Made by a program: the position numbers and the translations under genes. Shown here piece after piece: positions 63,022 to 64,000 of a DNA stretch of 64,000 nucleotides. Source of the stretch: Candidatus Woesearchaeota archaeon. GTDB lineage: Archaea > Nanobdellota > Nanobdellia > Woesearchaeales > JAHWIC01. The stretch spans positions 67,347 through 131,346 of the forward strand of contig JAHWIC010000001.1 in NCBI GenBank assembly GCA_019322805.1, written 5' to 3'. The notes beneath the pieces were generated by a model. The model did not search any database and was not told the DNA's origin. It was given only the letters and a program-made list of their open reading frames with translations. Each line of letters begins with the position of its first letter. Position 1 is the stretch's first letter.

Positions 63022-64000
63022 TTACTTGTTTTTATTTGTCCAGTCTATTAACTGATTTAATTTTTCCAGTGCTTTACCAGAATCAATAGAATCCTTTGCA
63101 ATGTCTATGCCATTCTGTATGCTGTCTGCTTTGCCTGCAACATAAAGAGCAGTGCCTGCATTTAGCAAAACAACATCTCTTTTTGGACCTTTTTCTTCTC
63201 CTTTCAATATGCTTAGTATTATTTTCTTATTATCTTCAGGAGTGCCTCCTTTAATTGCTCCTAAACCAGCGAGCTTAATACCAAAGTCTGTTGGTTTTAC
63301 TTTGTAGGTTGTTACATGTTTGCCTTTTACTTCAGAAACCTTTGTTTCGGCTTCTAAAGTCATCTCATCCAAACCATTGCCATGAACAACAACAGCATGT
63401 TTAACTCCTAATAAGCCTAAAACCTCTGCTAAAGGTTCTGTCAGTTTCTCATCAAAAACACCCATTAATTCATAAGGTGCTTCAGCTGGATTTGTTAAAG
63501 GACCTAGGATATTGAAAACAGTTCTTACAGCAAGCTCTTTTCTTGGGCCAATTGCGTATTTCATTGCTCCATGGAACTTAGGAGCAAACATATATCCAAT
63601 TCCAACTTCACTTATGCATTTCTCAACCTGTTTTGGCTCCAGCATTATATTAACACCTAAAGCAGTTAGAACATCAGCTGAACCGCATTTGCTTGAAACG
63701 CCCTTGTTGCCGTGCTTAGCAACTGGAACACCTGCACCGGCTACAACAAAAGCAGCTGCAGTTGATATATTGAATGTTCCTGATTTATCTCCGCCAGTGC
63801 CGACAACATCAACAAGTTGATCAGAATTCTTTGGCTTGATTCTTGATGCTTTCTGCCTCATTACTTTTGCACAAGCTGTTATTTCCTCAATCGTTTCTCC
63901 TTTTAATCTTAAAGCTATGAGAAAGCCTGCAATCTGAGCATCAGTTGCTTTTCCGCTCATGATCTCATTCATTACCTCTTCAGCTTCTTTCAGCTTAAGA
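63022..64000 (-). CDS. trpD: Anthranilate phosphoribosyltransferase (N-terminus runs past the window edge)
   Basis: TrpD motifs are present ([27 protein letters not shown]). The ORF is still open at position 64000. Confidence 0.8.
   Translation of the reverse strand, partial: LKLKEAEEVMNEIMSGKATDAQIAGFLIALRLKGETIEEITACAKVMRQKASRIKPKNSDQLVDVVGTGGDKSGTFNISTAAAFVVAGAGVPVAKHGNKGVSSKCGSADVLTALGVNIMLEPKQVEKCISEVGIGYMFAPKFHGAMKYAIGPRKELAVRTVFNILGPLTNPAEAPYELMGVFDEKLTEPLAEVLGLLGVKHAVVVHGNGLDEMTLEAETKVSEVKGKHVTTYKVKPTDFGIKLAGLGAIKGGTPEDNKKIILSILKGEEKGPKRDVVLLNAGTALYVAGKADSIQNGIDIAKDSIDSGKALEKLNQLIDWTNKNK

Noticed and set aside
1-64000. Mobile genetic element, prophage or integrated plasmid content
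   Set aside because: No integrase, transposase, capsid, terminase or conjugation gene was recognised, and the two tRNAs are not adjacent to integrase-like genes. Gene content is core housekeeping with conserved archaeal operons throughout.

Overview
This is a 64-kb, low-GC (mid-30s % by eye), gene-dense chromosomal segment of an archaeon. Archaeal markers are fibrillarin plus Nop5, topoisomerase VI A/B, archaeal DnaG, ABCE1, RIO kinase plus a KH/Dim2-like protein, PorGDAB, and two intron-containing tRNAs. Proteins are Lys-rich, consistent with a small-genome, AT-rich lineage such as a DPANN-like archaeon, but lineage cannot be confirmed without searches.

Most of the window is housekeeping or metabolic. 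It includes RNase HII, a class I fumarate hydratase alpha/beta pair, malate dehydrogenase, glutamate dehydrogenase, PdxS/PdxT, the fibrillarin-Nop5 operon, CutA, pyruvate:ferredoxin oxidoreductase (porGDAB), an ABC1/UbiB kinase, UMP kinase, SecF/SecD, CTP synthase, a UPF0371 protein, TatA/TatC and CorA. It also includes ABCE1, GlmS, a TrmI-like methyltransferase, Top6A/B, DnaG, TrpRS, and a trp cluster (trpD-trpC ... rpe-trpF-trpB-trpA-trpS).

Accessory-looking content:
- A tightly overlapping four-gene minus-strand operon holds a complete AmmeMemoRadiSam system. Its Memo and AMMECR1 domains are fused behind a signal anchor, and its radical SAM enzyme carries a twin-arginine-like N-terminus. 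The operon sits beside tatA/tatC and also encodes a membrane spermidine-synthase-like protein and an unknown 173-aa protein.
- A macB-like ABC / CARDB-like / FtsX x2 / MATE cluster is preceded by an AbrB-like mini-ORF.
- A radical-SAM-like protein has a non-canonical CX4CX2C motif.
- An orphan HerA/FtsK-like ATPase lies next to two membrane-anchored thioredoxin-fold proteins.

The most unusual signals are non-coding:
- A family of four same-oriented intergenic elements of about 115-190 bp is built from two inverted hairpin modules. One copy sits inside the trp cluster and carries two extra perfect hairpins.
- A candidate tRNA-Arg(UCU) is interrupted by two non-canonical introns, in the D-loop and the T-loop.
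- An intron-containing tRNA-Thr(CGU) is also present.
- A roughly 730-bp gene-free region upstream of dnaG has about 70-bp tandem repeats and GC-rich hairpins.
- Several operator-like palindromes were found.

No CRISPR array, cas genes, transposase or integrase genes, or recognisable phage-defence genes were found.
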